A DNA stretch of 64,000 nucleotides, taken from the NCBI GenBank assembly GCA_049510745.1, contig JBEKYR010000025.1, positions 1,371 to 65,370 of the forward strand, given 5' to 3'. Made by a program: the position numbers and the translations under genes. This stretch comes from Verrucomicrobiota bacterium (GTDB lineage: Bacteria; Verrucomicrobiota; Verrucomicrobiia; Limisphaerales; Palsa-1400). Positions 18,883 through 28,995 of this stretch are shown here, one piece after another; within the stretch, counting starts at the first letter, position 1; the number at the start of each line of letters is the position of its first letter. The notes under the pieces are model-generated. The model was not told the origin of the DNA. It saw only the letters and a list, made by a program, of their open reading frames with translations, and did not search any database.

Positions 18883-20004
18883 TCACCAAACCTCCACCGG
18901 GCCTTTCGGCGCGGGAATCCGCTCCCGCCGGGCCGCGTCCGCTTCCTGCATGAACGAGGCGCCCAGCGGCGCCGGACGAAAATTGGGCTTCAACTGGCCG
19001 TGGTCGTCCAGGAATTGCGCCCGCCATCGCCGGTAACTGTCAAGTATCTGATGAAACTCGGCCAGGCTGGACAAACTCACGATGCGCTGGTTGAACTCGC
19101 GGGCCGGCCCGAACTGTTTGGCATACCACGGCCCGACCTTTCGAAACAGGCGGCAACCGTGGGCTTCGCCAAACACCTGCGCCATCCACTCCAGGTGCCG
19201 GCACATCACCCGCACCCGCTCGTCAAAATCCGGTTCCGGCAACAACTCGCCCGTGCGCAGGTAGTGCGCCGTCTGCCGGAAAATCCACGGTTGATAAAAT
19301 GCGCCCCGCCCGATGCTCACTCCCGCGCAACCCGTCTCGTCCAACATTCTTTTGGCCGCCTGCGGCGTGGTCACATCGCCGTTGCCGATGACCGGAATTC
19401 GTCGCACCGCCTGCACCACCGCCCGGATGCCCGCCAGATTGACCCTGCCGCCGAAACCCTGCTCGCGCGTGCGGCCATGAACAAAAATGGCCGCCGCGCC
19501 CGCCTCTTCCAGGACACCCGCCAGAGCGGGCGCGGTTAAATTCGCCTCGTCCCATCCCAGGCGCATTTTGGCGGTGACGGGAATTTTGACCGCTTCGGCC
19601 ATGCCGCGCACCAGGCGCGCGCTTTTCTCCATTTCCGTCATCATCGCCGAGCCGCCGCCCACCCGGCACACTTTGCGCACCGGGCAGCCCATGTTGATAT
19701 CGACGGACGAAACGCCGATCGATTCGAGATACACCGCCGCGTCGCGCATTTCCCCGGGGACCGAGCCGAAGAGTTGGACGGCCAGGGGCCGGTCGGCCGG
19801 GCAGGTTTCGATCAGTTTGAGGGCCTTTGGATTCTTCTCCAGGAGCGAGCGGGCGTTGACCAGATCGGTGGTGGCCAGGTCCAGTCCGCCGATTTCGCGC
19901 AGCGTCAGCCGGAAGGGCAGGTTGGTGTAACCCGCCAGCGGCGAAAGAAACAAGTTCGACTTTAATTCCAGCGAGCCGATTTGCACCCGCCCAGTTAAGC
20001 ACAA
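18883..20004 (-). CDS. dus: tRNA-dihydrouridine synthase (Dus family)
   Basis: Contains LFLSPLAGYTNLPFR, VDINMGCPVRKVCRVGGGSAMM and VHGRTREQ. The start is non-ATG: TTG at 20004, or GTG at 19986 giving MQIGSLELK. Confidence 0.85.
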   Translation of the reverse strand: MCLTGRVQIGSLELKSNLFLSPLAGYTNLPFRLTLREIGGLDLATTDLVNARSLLEKNPKALKLIETCPADRPLAVQLFGSVPGEMRDAAVYLESIGVSSVDINMGCPVRKVCRVGGGSAMMTEMEKSARLVRGMAEAVKIPVTAKMRLGWDEANLTAPALAGVLEEAGAAAIFVHGRTREQGFGGRVNLAGIRAVVQAVRRIPVIGNGDVTTPQAAKRMLDETGCAGVSIGRGAFYQPWIFRQTAHYLRTGELLPEPDFDERVRVMCRHLEWMAQVFGEAHGCRLFRKVGPWYAKQFGPAREFNQRIVSLSSLAEFHQILDSYRRWRAQFLDDHGQLKPNFRPAPLGASFMQEADAARRERIPAPKGPVEVW

Positions 20005-20038
20005 ACCGGGCCGGATGTCGCTCTTGTTTTAGCCCGCC

Positions 20039-21037
20039 TCAGCCATGCCAACTGCGCTCGCGGTTCTGCGTCGTTTTAAGAACCTCATTCGCCACCGCCA
20101 CGTCCTCGGCAATCTGAAAGTCGAACATGCCAACGGCAACGAAATCGGCGCCGTTTTGGAACGCATGGCGGAACCCTGCCTTGGGATCGATGGCGCCCGC
20201 CGCCAACACCTTGTAGGCGATCCAGGGGCGCGGCAGGTCATCCATGTAAGCGATCGTCTCCTTGGGGTCCATGCACCAGTAATTGTCCACGCCGTAATTA
20301 TCGATCACCTCCTGGAGCTGGTCGGGCCGGCGCTTGGACCAATAGTTGGTATCGTGCAGGGTCTTCATGTAAAAATCCGGCGCCACACCGGCCTGCTCGA
20401 CTGCCTTCTCGACCGCCTTGACCGTTCGCAGCTCGTGGGCCGCAACGCCGGCGACGAGGCCTTGCGCCTTGATCATCGACAGCAACTGGCCAATCAACTT
20501 CACGTCGCCGTCCCGCGTCCAGGCATCGCTCAGGTTGCCGACCAGAAAGGCGCCCACCGCGCCGGCGTCCTTGGCCCGTTGCACCTCGTTTTTGAGGTCG
20601 TCCTTGCCCGGGCTGATTTGAGCCAGGTACTGAATGCGGCCTCCGCGCGCGCGATATTTCCCGTAAAGGCTCACCGCCTGCGCGTCGCCCGGATAGAGAA
20701 TCATGGTGTTGATGCCGTGCTGCTCGCAGAGGGACCAGGTTTCCATGATCTTCTCTTCGGTGAAATAGTGCTTGAGCAACGAGGAGACGTAAATTAGGTC
20801 GCGGCTATGAGCATAGCCGTTGATGAGATTGCCGCCGCAGATCAGCCGGCTGATCTTGACGGTGCCAAGCGTGCCGGTGGGCAGGGTGGCCTTGGAGGAA
20901 GGGGCGGCCGGGGGCGGCGCGGCGGCGCTCTCCTGGCCTGCCAGCGCGTATTCCTCCAGGCTCATGATGAGCGGGGCCGACAAACTGGCCGCCGCGGTTT
21001 TCTTCAGGAAGCTTCTACGATTGGACTTGGCGTTCAT
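20039..21037 (-). CDS. Tat-signal periplasmic protein of unknown function
   Basis: The ATG at 21037 gives MNAKSNRRSFLKKTAAASLSAPL (twin-arginine motif). The remainder has no family I recognise. Confidence 0.7.
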   Translation of the reverse strand: MNAKSNRRSFLKKTAAASLSAPLIMSLEEYALAGQESAAAPPPAAPSSKATLPTGTLGTVKISRLICGGNLINGYAHSRDLIYVSSLLKHYFTEEKIMETWSLCEQHGINTMILYPGDAQAVSLYGKYRARGGRIQYLAQISPGKDDLKNEVQRAKDAGAVGAFLVGNLSDAWTRDGDVKLIGQLLSMIKAQGLVAGVAAHELRTVKAVEKAVEQAGVAPDFYMKTLHDTNYWSKRRPDQLQEVIDNYGVDNYWCMDPKETIAYMDDLPRPWIAYKVLAAGAIDPKAGFRHAFQNGADFVAVGMFDFQIAEDVAVANEVLKTTQNRERSWHG

Positions 21038-21306
21038 AATTAAAGCGTTAACCCGTCCGTCATGCAATCGGCCGGTGGCGGCGGAACGCCCTGGCAAAGC
21101 AATACTCCGCGCTCCGCCGCGTCGTCACTGGCCCGCGACGCGGTCGCTCATTGAGCATCTTGATTAGCGCGCCTTAAGTCAAATCAAAACAAACGGCTCG
21201 AAAAACTCAAAATCCGCCTGCCGGCCGGCGCAGCAATGAGACCCCGGCGAGGAGAATTCTCCCGAAAAAGCGCCCGATGGCGGCGGATGGCGAACGAAAT
21301 TTCATT

Positions 21307-22713
21307 TTATTTCGCGATTGCATTCACGGCGGTCAACGGGATCGCGCTGGCCGGCTGATCGAGTTCGAGCGCGATGACGGTGTCCGTGTCGCTGCGGTGG
21401 TCCGGCGGCACGGAAATCTCAATACCGTGCTCTGTTTGCGTGAAGGCGGCCTCGCCTCCGGTCAGCGCCGATGCGCGCACGATCTTCGCCGGAATCGCCG
21501 GCAACGGGATTTTGTCTCCCGGCAATTTCAGGATGTGAAGGTAAATGGTCTTGTCACGATGAGTTGAAGCCCCGTAGTCGCCGGGCAGGAACGGTCCGCC
21601 GCGCGTGCCGTAGATGCTCCCGCCATTTTTGGCGAGCCATTCACCGATCTCGCGCAAGCGTTGGACTTGCGGCGGATCAATCTGGCCGTCCGGCCTCATG
21701 CCGATGTTCAACAGCAGATTGCCGTCGCGCCCCGCGACTTTGGCCAGCAATTGGATGCAATCCCGCAACGGCTTGACCGGCTTGTTTGGCTGCCAGCCCC
21801 ACGCGCCCGCCAGCGTCGTGCAAAGTTCCCACGGCTGCTGGTCATCAAATTTGCCCACCGCATTGTCACCTTCGCGGGAATGAAAGTCTTCCGGCATGTC
21901 GGCGCGGCCATTAACGATGGCTTGCGGCTGGCGGCGGCGGAGCATCGCATACACCTGATCGTGCTGCCAACTGAACCCGCCGTGGTAATGTTGATCCTTG
22001 GGACGTTTCTTCCACTCTGCGCCGCCCAGCCAGTCCCCGCCAAAGTTCAGCCAGTCGGCCTCGCCGCCGTCAAACCACAGCACATCCAGCTTGCCGTAAT
22101 TGGACAGCAATTCCTCCATCTGCCGATGGTACTGGCCGCACATCGCCTCCGCGCTCTGGCGCTGCAAGTCCGGAAAGAAGAATCCGGGAAAACGCCAGTC
22201 GAGCGGCGAATAATAAAACCCGACGCGCAAGCCCGCCTTGCGAACGGCCGCCGCGTATTCCGCCACCAAATCGCGGTGGGCGGCGGTTTTGACGCTCGTG
22301 AAGTCGTTGCCCTTGTCATCGAAGAGGCAGAAGCCGTCGTGATGGCGCGTCGTCAGCACCATATATTTCATCCCGGCAGCCTTGGCGGTTTCCGCCCAGG
22401 CGTTGGGATCAAAATTGGTGGGATTAAACTGGCCGGCCAGCCTGGCATATTCCTCGACGGGAATCTGCTCGTTCCATTGCACCCACTCACCGCGTCCGGG
22501 GATGGAATAAAGACCGAAGTGAATAAACATGCCGAAGCGGGCCTCACGCCACCACGCCATCCGCGCGTCACGCTGCCCGGGCGTTTCGGTGAAGGATTCG
22601 GCGTGATCCGTCCCTGTAACGCCGGCGGCCGGCGAAGAGTTTTCAGCGCGCGACGACATTGCGGCGGCCATTGCCGCAAGGGCAATCCATTTCAAAGTCG
22701 AGTGGAGCATCAT
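21307..22713 (-). CDS. Alpha-L-fucosidase (GH29)
   Basis: Has a signal peptide, then WWREARFGMFIHFGLYSIPGRGEWV...YMVLTTRHHDGFCLFD, which is characteristic of GH29. Confidence 0.9.
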   Translation of the reverse strand: MMLHSTLKWIALAAMAAAMSSRAENSSPAAGVTGTDHAESFTETPGQRDARMAWWREARFGMFIHFGLYSIPGRGEWVQWNEQIPVEEYARLAGQFNPTNFDPNAWAETAKAAGMKYMVLTTRHHDGFCLFDDKGNDFTSVKTAAHRDLVAEYAAAVRKAGLRVGFYYSPLDWRFPGFFFPDLQRQSAEAMCGQYHRQMEELLSNYGKLDVLWFDGGEADWLNFGGDWLGGAEWKKRPKDQHYHGGFSWQHDQVYAMLRRRQPQAIVNGRADMPEDFHSREGDNAVGKFDDQQPWELCTTLAGAWGWQPNKPVKPLRDCIQLLAKVAGRDGNLLLNIGMRPDGQIDPPQVQRLREIGEWLAKNGGSIYGTRGGPFLPGDYGASTHRDKTIYLHILKLPGDKIPLPAIPAKIVRASALTGGEAAFTQTEHGIEISVPPDHRSDTDTVIALELDQPASAIPLTAVNAIAK

Positions 22714-22781
22714 TTTTTCATTGTTGTTTTTTTATCTGAAATTCTCAACCACCATTTCAACGTGCGTGAGGCTACTGGAAT

Positions 22782-22930
22782 TCAACCGTCATGCGCTTGA
22801 ACGGCGTTTGCCGACACATTTACGAACTTGAGGATGACGTCACCCGTGCCGGTGTTTTTGACGCACGAGGCCGCAAATGTTTTTTGAAAATCTTCGCCGG
22901 CCGATGCCGAGGCTGAGACGGCAAAAGGAC
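22782..22930 (-). pseudogene. Possible C-terminal remnant of a glycoside hydrolase beta-sandwich domain
   Basis: The tail of ORF 22782..23483 reads ..FAVSASASAGEDFQKTFAASCVKNTGTGDVILKFVNVS.., like the C-terminal domains of arabinofuranosidase-type GHs. It is truncated on both sides. Weak call. Confidence 0.25.
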
Positions 22931-23038
22931 GAATCAATGACCCGCTGGCGGAGCGCCCGGAGCGCAGCCTGCTTTTCCCGATGTGATGAGTATTACCATT
23001 TTTATTTGCAGGGCCAAACCCTTTTTCAGGAAAAATCC

Positions 23039-26000
23039 TCAGTTCTCCGGCCCGCCGGAAGTGAACATGCCGGGCAAACGGTATTTCGGGTAGTATTTCA
23101 CTCCTCCGCCTTGGCCGTCGAAGGGCATTTGCAGGCCGGTTTGAGTATCGACGATCACCTCTGTCTGGCTGATTCCCTTGGGAGCCCACCAGGGTCGGAT
23201 GAACGTGATCGACTTCATCTGGTATCTGTCCGTGGCCGGTATGACGTAAGGCTTCGCCTTCAGCCCCTCCGCCGGGCCTGGCAGTCTTTGAAACCACTTC
23301 AAGTAATGGTCCACTATGCTCTTGTCTGTTGGACACAGGGTCTTGTACCATTTGACAAAGTCCGCCGCGCGCCATTCCTTGTTGAGTCTCTTGGTTTCGT
23401 TTTGCATCCGGTTGTAATTTCTCACCGCCCACTGATAGACAATCGCCAGTCCTTGATAGGCATAGACCACGTCGCAGCCCCATTCCTTTTCCATATACTT
23501 GATCGCCTCATCCGAGCCTTTCCCATAAGGATCGATTCTGTCGGTGGGATTGTCGCCGGCGTACTGATAAAGGTTCAGCCCATCAACATACCCGGCCGAA
23601 TCGCGCTGCAAAAACCGGCCCTTGTTGGCGTCGTAACCGCGTGTCCGGTAATGATACAGGCCCGCCTCCTCGTCCAGCTCGCGGCTCGTGAACAGATAGG
23701 GATTCCCGACCGGGCTGTGCGGTGTGCCCCAGGCATTGAGCGGCAGCGGGTTGTAGGACGCGTCCAAAACGGTGACCTCGCCGTAGGCGTCATAACTGTA
23801 GCGTTCAACCACATTGCCGGTGGGATCGGTGAGCGCCTCCGGACTCCCAAGCGAGTTCGCGTGGTAGTAGTAACTGTCTCCCCCGCGATCCATCGTCAGG
23901 ACATCGTCCAGGTAATTGCTGCCGTAAGTATAGGTGGCCTGGGTCGCGGCGCTGGCATCCTGTTCCTCGATATTTCGGTCGGCATCGTAGAAAAAGACGT
24001 TGGTCGAAGGCGTGCCGGCAGGGTCTGCGATCTGGATAATGCGGCGGTCCAAGGCATCGTAGAAATAGCGGCCCACCTGGGCGGAGTCGCTCTTCCGTAT
24101 CACCGAAGTAAGCCGGTTTTCCATATCGTAGCCGTAAGTATAACTTCCATCGTCGGCCAGATTGCCGTCAGCGTCGTAGGTGAGCGTCTGAGCGTTAATG
24201 GTTTGGATCTCGTTGGCGGCGCTATGGGTCCGCGTTTGCGTGACAAGATTGCTGACCAGGGAGGACCAATTGCCCAGCGCATCCAGGGTCCAGGTCTTGG
24301 CGATGATGGGCGATGGAATGTTGCCGCCGGAAATGGCGCCGACATCATACTGGACAAGCCGGTTGATGGCGTCATAGGCGTAGGTTTCGGAATCCGCGGG
24401 GGCGTGCTGCTTTAACTCGGAACTTTTGTTGCCCTCGCTGTCGTAGGTATAGGCAAAACCGGCGATGAGAGAAGCGCCCTCATCATGGGCGAGATTGGTG
24501 ACCCAATTGTTGGGATTGTAACTGTAGGTTGCCGCCGTGGTGTTGCGATTAGTCCGCGTCACCAGATTGTTGGCCGTATCATATGTATATTGGGCGACAA
24601 ACGGCGCCAGGCCGTCATCCACCTCCGCCAACCGCCCGCGAAGGTCCGTGTGTTCGGTGATCACCCTGCCCCCCGGATAAGTCATGGTGCGGGTGCCTCC
24701 TGGCACGTTGTAAACGTAGGTGACCGACTCGCCATTCTGGGTGGCGCCGACCACGCGGCCTGCCCCGTCATAGGCAAAGGTGTTTGACCAAGTGCTGCGC
24801 GCCGCGGTGATGAGACGACCGCCCAGGTCGTAACCAAACTGGTCGGCTGGATCCGTGGAATAGCTCCGGTTCGTCATGTAGTAAAAATCGTTGTACTGCC
24901 AGGTGGTGGTGCGGCCCTCCTGGTCAACGCGCGAAATGAGATTTCCCACCGCGTCATACGTGTACGTCCGCGTGTCGGCGGGCGTATCGGGATACGTTTC
25001 CTTGATCCGGCGGTCAAGGGCGTCATAGCTATAAGTCGTCGTGTGGCCATTGGCATCGGTGACGGAAGTCACGTTGCCGACGGCGTCGTAAGCGGTGGAG
25101 CTGGTGTGGCCGAGGGCGTCAGTAACGCTCACCTGTCGATTTATGCCATCGTAGGCGAAGGTGGTCGTATGGCCATCGCGGTCGGTCCGTGAAATGACGT
25201 TGTCAACAGGATCGTAAACCGTGACAGTGGTGTGGCCCAGGGGGTCGATGGTCTCGACGACGCGGTTGAGGGAGTCATAGATATTCGTGCTGGTGTTGCC
25301 CAGCCCGTCAACGGTTTCAATCACATTGCCATCGGCGTCGTAAGCGGTCCTGCTGACGGAACCGAGCGCGTCGTCCGTCTCAATGGCGCGATTGGCGGGA
25401 TCGTAAACCGTGGTCGTGGTGTTGCCGCGCGGGTCAATGGTTTCGATGACATTGCCCGCCGCGTCATAAACAGTCGTCGTGGTGTCCCCGGTGGGATCGA
25501 CCGTCGAGACGCGGCGATCCAGCGCGTCATAACTATAGGTGGTCGTGTTGCCGTTTGGATCCGTGGTTGCTATGACGTTATTGTCGGCATCATAGACGGT
25601 GGTGGTGACGGCGTCCGAAGGGGTAACCACATCGGTCACGCCGCCGGATTTGCGGATCGTTTGAACCAGGCGATTTAACTCGTCATAATTATAGTAGGTG
25701 ATCTTTCCGTCGCCGTCGATCATCTCTGTAACAAGGGCCGAGCCAGCCGTGGCTCCGCAGCACGGCGGGCCGGCCGTGTTGGCGTAGTCGTAGGTGGTGG
25801 TGTCCCCGAGAGCGTCGGTTTGGGTGATCTTCCGGTTCAAGGCATCATAAGTGTAAGTGGTCGCATGGCCGTTGGCGTCGGTTGTGCTCGTCACATTGCC
25901 CACGCCGTCATAAGCGGTGGCGGAGACATTCCCCAGCGCGTCGGTGGTGCGGATCAGGCGGTTCTGCGTGTCATAGGTGAAGGAGGTCGAGTGGCCGTTT

Positions 26001-27772
26001 GGATCCGTTTGGGTAATGACGTTGTTGTTGGCGTCGTAGGCGCTGCTGGTAATGCCCCCCAACGCATTGGTCGTGCGGATGAGGCGGTCACGGATGTCGT
26101 AAGCATAAGAGGTGCTGTTGGTGTTGGGATCCGTGACGCGAATGCGATCATTGTCCGCATCGTATTGATAAGAGGTGACATGCCCCATCGGATCGGTCAT
26201 GGACGTCATCCGGTTGCGTCCATCGTAGTGGTAGGTGGTCGTGTTTCCGCGGGGGTCGGTCGTGCTGATCTGGTTTCCCACGGCGTCGTATTGGTAGGTC
26301 GTGACGTTGCCGAGGGCGTCGGTCATGTTGGTGCGGTCGCCCATCGCGTCGTACTTGAAAGTGGTCGTGTAGCCCCGCTGATCGGTTTGCGTCAGAACGT
26401 TGCCACGGCTGTCGTAAGTCATCCGTTGCGTCTGACCGAGGGGATCCGTGGTGTTGGTGCGGTTCCCCGAACCATCGTATTGATAGGTGGTGACGCGTCC
26501 GTTGGGGTCGGTCATGCTGGTGATCTGGTTGTAAATCGGCTCGTAGGTGTAAGTGGTCACATTGCCCAGCGCGTCGGTCATCCGGATGCGGTTGCCCTCG
26601 CCATCGTATTGATACCTGGTCACGTTGCCGTTGGCGTCCGTCATGGTCGAAACCTCCAACGACCCGGGATCGTATTGGTAGCGCGTCGCGCTGCCGTCAG
26701 GAGCAATGGTGTTGGTTGGGTAGCCGTTGGTATCATACTGGTATTTCCAGACGTTCCCGCGGCCGTCGGTCTGCTGGCTGGTGGAAGGGGTATAGACTCG
26801 CTCCTGCGACCCGGCCAGGGTGCTGGATGAGGTCGCCCAGTTATTCGGGTTGAACAGGGAGAATAAGCTGCCGGACGAGCTATCCTTGATGCCGACCGGC
26901 AGGTTGGCTTGATATTGATAGGTGTAGAGCCGCCCGTCGCCATCCGTTTTTGTCGCGATCTGGTTCAGGGCGTTGTAGGTGTAAGTCGTAACCTTGCCGG
27001 TGGGGTCGGTGACGGAAGCCAGGCGGCGGCCTGTGCTGTCGTAGGCAAAAGTGGTGACGCGACCGAGAGGGTCGGTTTCCTTTGTCATCAGCCCCGAGGC
27101 GTTGTACGTAAACTGGAGGGAACGCCCGTAAGTGTCGGTGACGCTCGCCAGGTTGCCGCCGGCGTAGGCCAGGGTGGTGACGTTGGTGTTCCGGTCGGTG
27201 ATGCTTTGCAGTCGATAGACCGGGCCGCCCACCTGAAAGGGGGCGCCGGAGACAATCGCGAAGCGGTAGCTGGTTTTATTCTTGGTGGTCAGGGTGAACG
27301 AGCCGTCGAAGTTCTTGACCAGCGTCTCAAAATAGCCCGTGTCGGAGGAATAGGCGCCGCCGGGTCCGGCCGTGAATTTCTCGGTCCGGCCATCGCCGTC
27401 CATGCGAAACATGCTGCCCACTTGCGAGAAGAGGAATGCGTTGTAGGAATGGGTCCATCCGTAGCCGAGAACGGTGTCCACCAAAGCATGCGAGCTGTCG
27501 GCATTGTAGGAATTGTAAGTCAGAGCGAGGTCAAGCGTCGGCGCGCTGGAACTCTGCACGGTGGTGATCGGGAGGATTTCCCGGTCGTTGCCTTCGGTCA
27601 GCCCGACGCCCGCCTTTCCACCGGTGTAAGAATTGGGCGCGCCGCACTCGGCGCATAAACTGGGACGCTCTCCGCCAATATAATTGGCCAAAGCGACAGG
27701 GGTGATGGCCGCCAGCGTCAGCAAAAACAAAAGGTCATGGCGGCAACGGCTCAATGATATTCGCGTGCTCAT
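23039..27772 (-). CDS. RHS/YD-repeat polymorphic toxin with signal peptide and unassigned C-terminal toxin tip
   Basis: 1577 aa with dozens of YD repeats (..TYTYDALNR.., ..YQYDGSGN..). The RHS core end is YYYHANSLGSPEALTD...GLYHYRTRGYDANKGRFLQRD...YQYAGDNPTDRIDPYG. About 160 aa of unrelated sequence follow it. Confidence 0.9.
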   Translation of the reverse strand: MSTRISLSRCRHDLLFLLTLAAITPVALANYIGGERPSLCAECGAPNSYTGGKAGVGLTEGNDREILPITTVQSSSAPTLDLALTYNSYNADSSHALVDTVLGYGWTHSYNAFLFSQVGSMFRMDGDGRTEKFTAGPGGAYSSDTGYFETLVKNFDGSFTLTTKNKTSYRFAIVSGAPFQVGGPVYRLQSITDRNTNVTTLAYAGGNLASVTDTYGRSLQFTYNASGLMTKETDPLGRVTTFAYDSTGRRLASVTDPTGKVTTYTYNALNQIATKTDGDGRLYTYQYQANLPVGIKDSSSGSLFSLFNPNNWATSSSTLAGSQERVYTPSTSQQTDGRGNVWKYQYDTNGYPTNTIAPDGSATRYQYDPGSLEVSTMTDANGNVTRYQYDGEGNRIRMTDALGNVTTYTYEPIYNQITSMTDPNGRVTTYQYDGSGNRTNTTDPLGQTQRMTYDSRGNVLTQTDQRGYTTTFKYDAMGDRTNMTDALGNVTTYQYDAVGNQISTTDPRGNTTTYHYDGRNRMTSMTDPMGHVTSYQYDADNDRIRVTDPNTNSTSYAYDIRDRLIRTTNALGGITSSAYDANNNVITQTDPNGHSTSFTYDTQNRLIRTTDALGNVSATAYDGVGNVTSTTDANGHATTYTYDALNRKITQTDALGDTTTYDYANTAGPPCCGATAGSALVTEMIDGDGKITYYNYDELNRLVQTIRKSGGVTDVVTPSDAVTTTVYDADNNVIATTDPNGNTTTYSYDALDRRVSTVDPTGDTTTTVYDAAGNVIETIDPRGNTTTTVYDPANRAIETDDALGSVSRTAYDADGNVIETVDGLGNTSTNIYDSLNRVVETIDPLGHTTVTVYDPVDNVISRTDRDGHTTTFAYDGINRQVSVTDALGHTSSTAYDAVGNVTSVTDANGHTTTYSYDALDRRIKETYPDTPADTRTYTYDAVGNLISRVDQEGRTTTWQYNDFYYMTNRSYSTDPADQFGYDLGGRLITAARSTWSNTFAYDGAGRVVGATQNGESVTYVYNVPGGTRTMTYPGGRVITEHTDLRGRLAEVDDGLAPFVAQYTYDTANNLVTRTNRNTTAATYSYNPNNWVTNLAHDEGASLIAGFAYTYDSEGNKSSELKQHAPADSETYAYDAINRLVQYDVGAISGGNIPSPIIAKTWTLDALGNWSSLVSNLVTQTRTHSAANEIQTINAQTLTYDADGNLADDGSYTYGYDMENRLTSVIRKSDSAQVGRYFYDALDRRIIQIADPAGTPSTNVFFYDADRNIEEQDASAATQATYTYGSNYLDDVLTMDRGGDSYYYHANSLGSPEALTDPTGNVVERYSYDAYGEVTVLDASYNPLPLNAWGTPHSPVGNPYLFTSRELDEEAGLYHYRTRGYDANKGRFLQRDSAGYVDGLNLYQYAGDNPTDRIDPYGKGSDEAIKYMEKEWGCDVVYAYQGLAIVYQWAVRNYNRMQNETKRLNKEWRAADFVKWYKTLCPTDKSIVDHYLKWFQRLPGPAEGLKAKPYVIPATDRYQMKSITFIRPWWAPKGISQTEVIVDTQTGLQMPFDGQGGGVKYYPKYRLPGMFTSGGPEN

Positions 27773-27859
27773 AATGCTGCAATGTCGTTAATCCCTCATA
27801 AACGCCGGGGGCCGGCCCAACGCGCCGGCGCGGCAAGCACCGAAACTCAGTGCTAAAGT

Positions 27860-28618
27860 CTAAAGTCCATCGACCGCCGCCGGCAACTTGCGCCCCCATC
27901 GGGCGGCGGCGGCCAGGGAAGCCCAGCCGAGCAGCAGCAAGGCAAAAGTCCCAACCTTGTCCGGCGCGGCGGTGTAGGCTGATTGTTCCGTGTCCAATTC
28001 GAGGAACAGGTCGTGCGTTCCATCGGTCAGCGAGACGGCGCCGGTCAGCGCCGGGCTTTGGATGTCAATTGCTGACTGGCCGGGAGTCGCGCTGACCACG
28101 TCACTAAAGAAGAGAACGGTTTGACCGTCCACCAGAAGATTGAACGAGTCGTCACTGTAAAGCACATTGCCCGACAAATCCGCCAAGGCCGTCAGACTGG
28201 AGGCGATCGCGGCGCTAAAGGTCACAGACTGAGGTCCCCCGGAAGTCGTAAAGGAGGATTCAAATGTGCTCTGGGCCGTGGTGTAGCCAAACTCATTAAA
28301 TCCGCCTGGGAGTGTCACTGCGCCCTGGACTTCCCCGGAAAGGCCCGAAACGTCGGCATTTGGAGCCGCGCCCGAACTGGCGGCGCTGGCGTAAAGCACG
28401 CTGGCGCTGCTCGTTCCGAAATCTATTCCTCCATCCGTGCTGGCGGCAAGCGCATAGGAACTCAACGACCAATCGACGGGCCATGAAATACCTGACCCGG
28501 TTAGGCTGAGACTTTCCAAACTCAGACTGCCCGTCGCCGTGGTTTGAGCGCTGGCGGAAAACACCGGCACAAAGCCCGACGCGGCCAAAAAGATCGCCAA
28601 ATAATTGACCTTCATCAT
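27860..28618 (-). CDS. Secreted Ser/Thr/Ala-rich protein with PEP-CTERM-like sorting tail
   Basis: Signal peptide MMKVNYLAIFLAASGFVPVFSASAQ. The C-terminus APDKVGTFALLLLGWASLAAAARWGRK has the form P-D/E-x motif, TM helix, basic tail. It lies 87 bp upstream of the RHS start on the same strand. Confidence 0.75.
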   Translation of the reverse strand: MMKVNYLAIFLAASGFVPVFSASAQTTATGSLSLESLSLTGSGISWPVDWSLSSYALAASTDGGIDFGTSSASVLYASAASSGAAPNADVSGLSGEVQGAVTLPGGFNEFGYTTAQSTFESSFTTSGGPQSVTFSAAIASSLTALADLSGNVLYSDDSFNLLVDGQTVLFFSDVVSATPGQSAIDIQSPALTGAVSLTDGTHDLFLELDTEQSAYTAAPDKVGTFALLLLGWASLAAAARWGRKLPAAVDGL

Positions 28619-28918
28619 AAAGGCATTTCTCTCAATTTAAGCGGTTCGACCTGTTTTTCGGTCTAGTTTACTAATGGAATCCATTAGCAGGAGGCGTGCC
28701 GTTTTTTTGACAAACCGGGCCAAGTGTCACTGACGATTCACAACCAACTTATAGTGAATCACTTGTCCATTAAAAAAAACTGCGCGGGAACGAATTCCGC
28801 CGGCCATTAGTTCATGGAAGTGTAAATGTTTCCGACGGCTCAAGCGCGCGTATCAAGACGAAAACGGAGAAAGTATTTGTACCAAACGAACTTATGACGT
28901 GTTAATGCTGCCTAATCC

Positions 28919-28943
28919 AAAAGTCGGGAAACCGACGTTTTTT
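28919..28943. terminator. Possible bidirectional intrinsic terminator
   Basis: aaaaGTCGGgaaaCCGACgtttttt: a 5-bp GC-rich stem with GAAA loop, an A-run to the left and a T-run to the right. It lies about 50 bp downstream of the VOC-gene stop. Confidence 0.4.
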
Positions 28944-28995
28944 GCCCCACATCCAGGTCCGCCTTGGCCGGCAAGAGGTCGGGGCGCCGCTGGCG

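Noticed and set aside
22782-23483. 233-aa minus-strand ORF overlapping the RHS 3' end, considered as a possible immunity gene.
   Set aside because: Most of it overlaps the RHS coding frame out of phase and is Arg/Gly-rich. Only its last roughly 50 codons lie downstream of the RHS stop, and they resemble a GH C-terminal remnant rather than an immunity protein.
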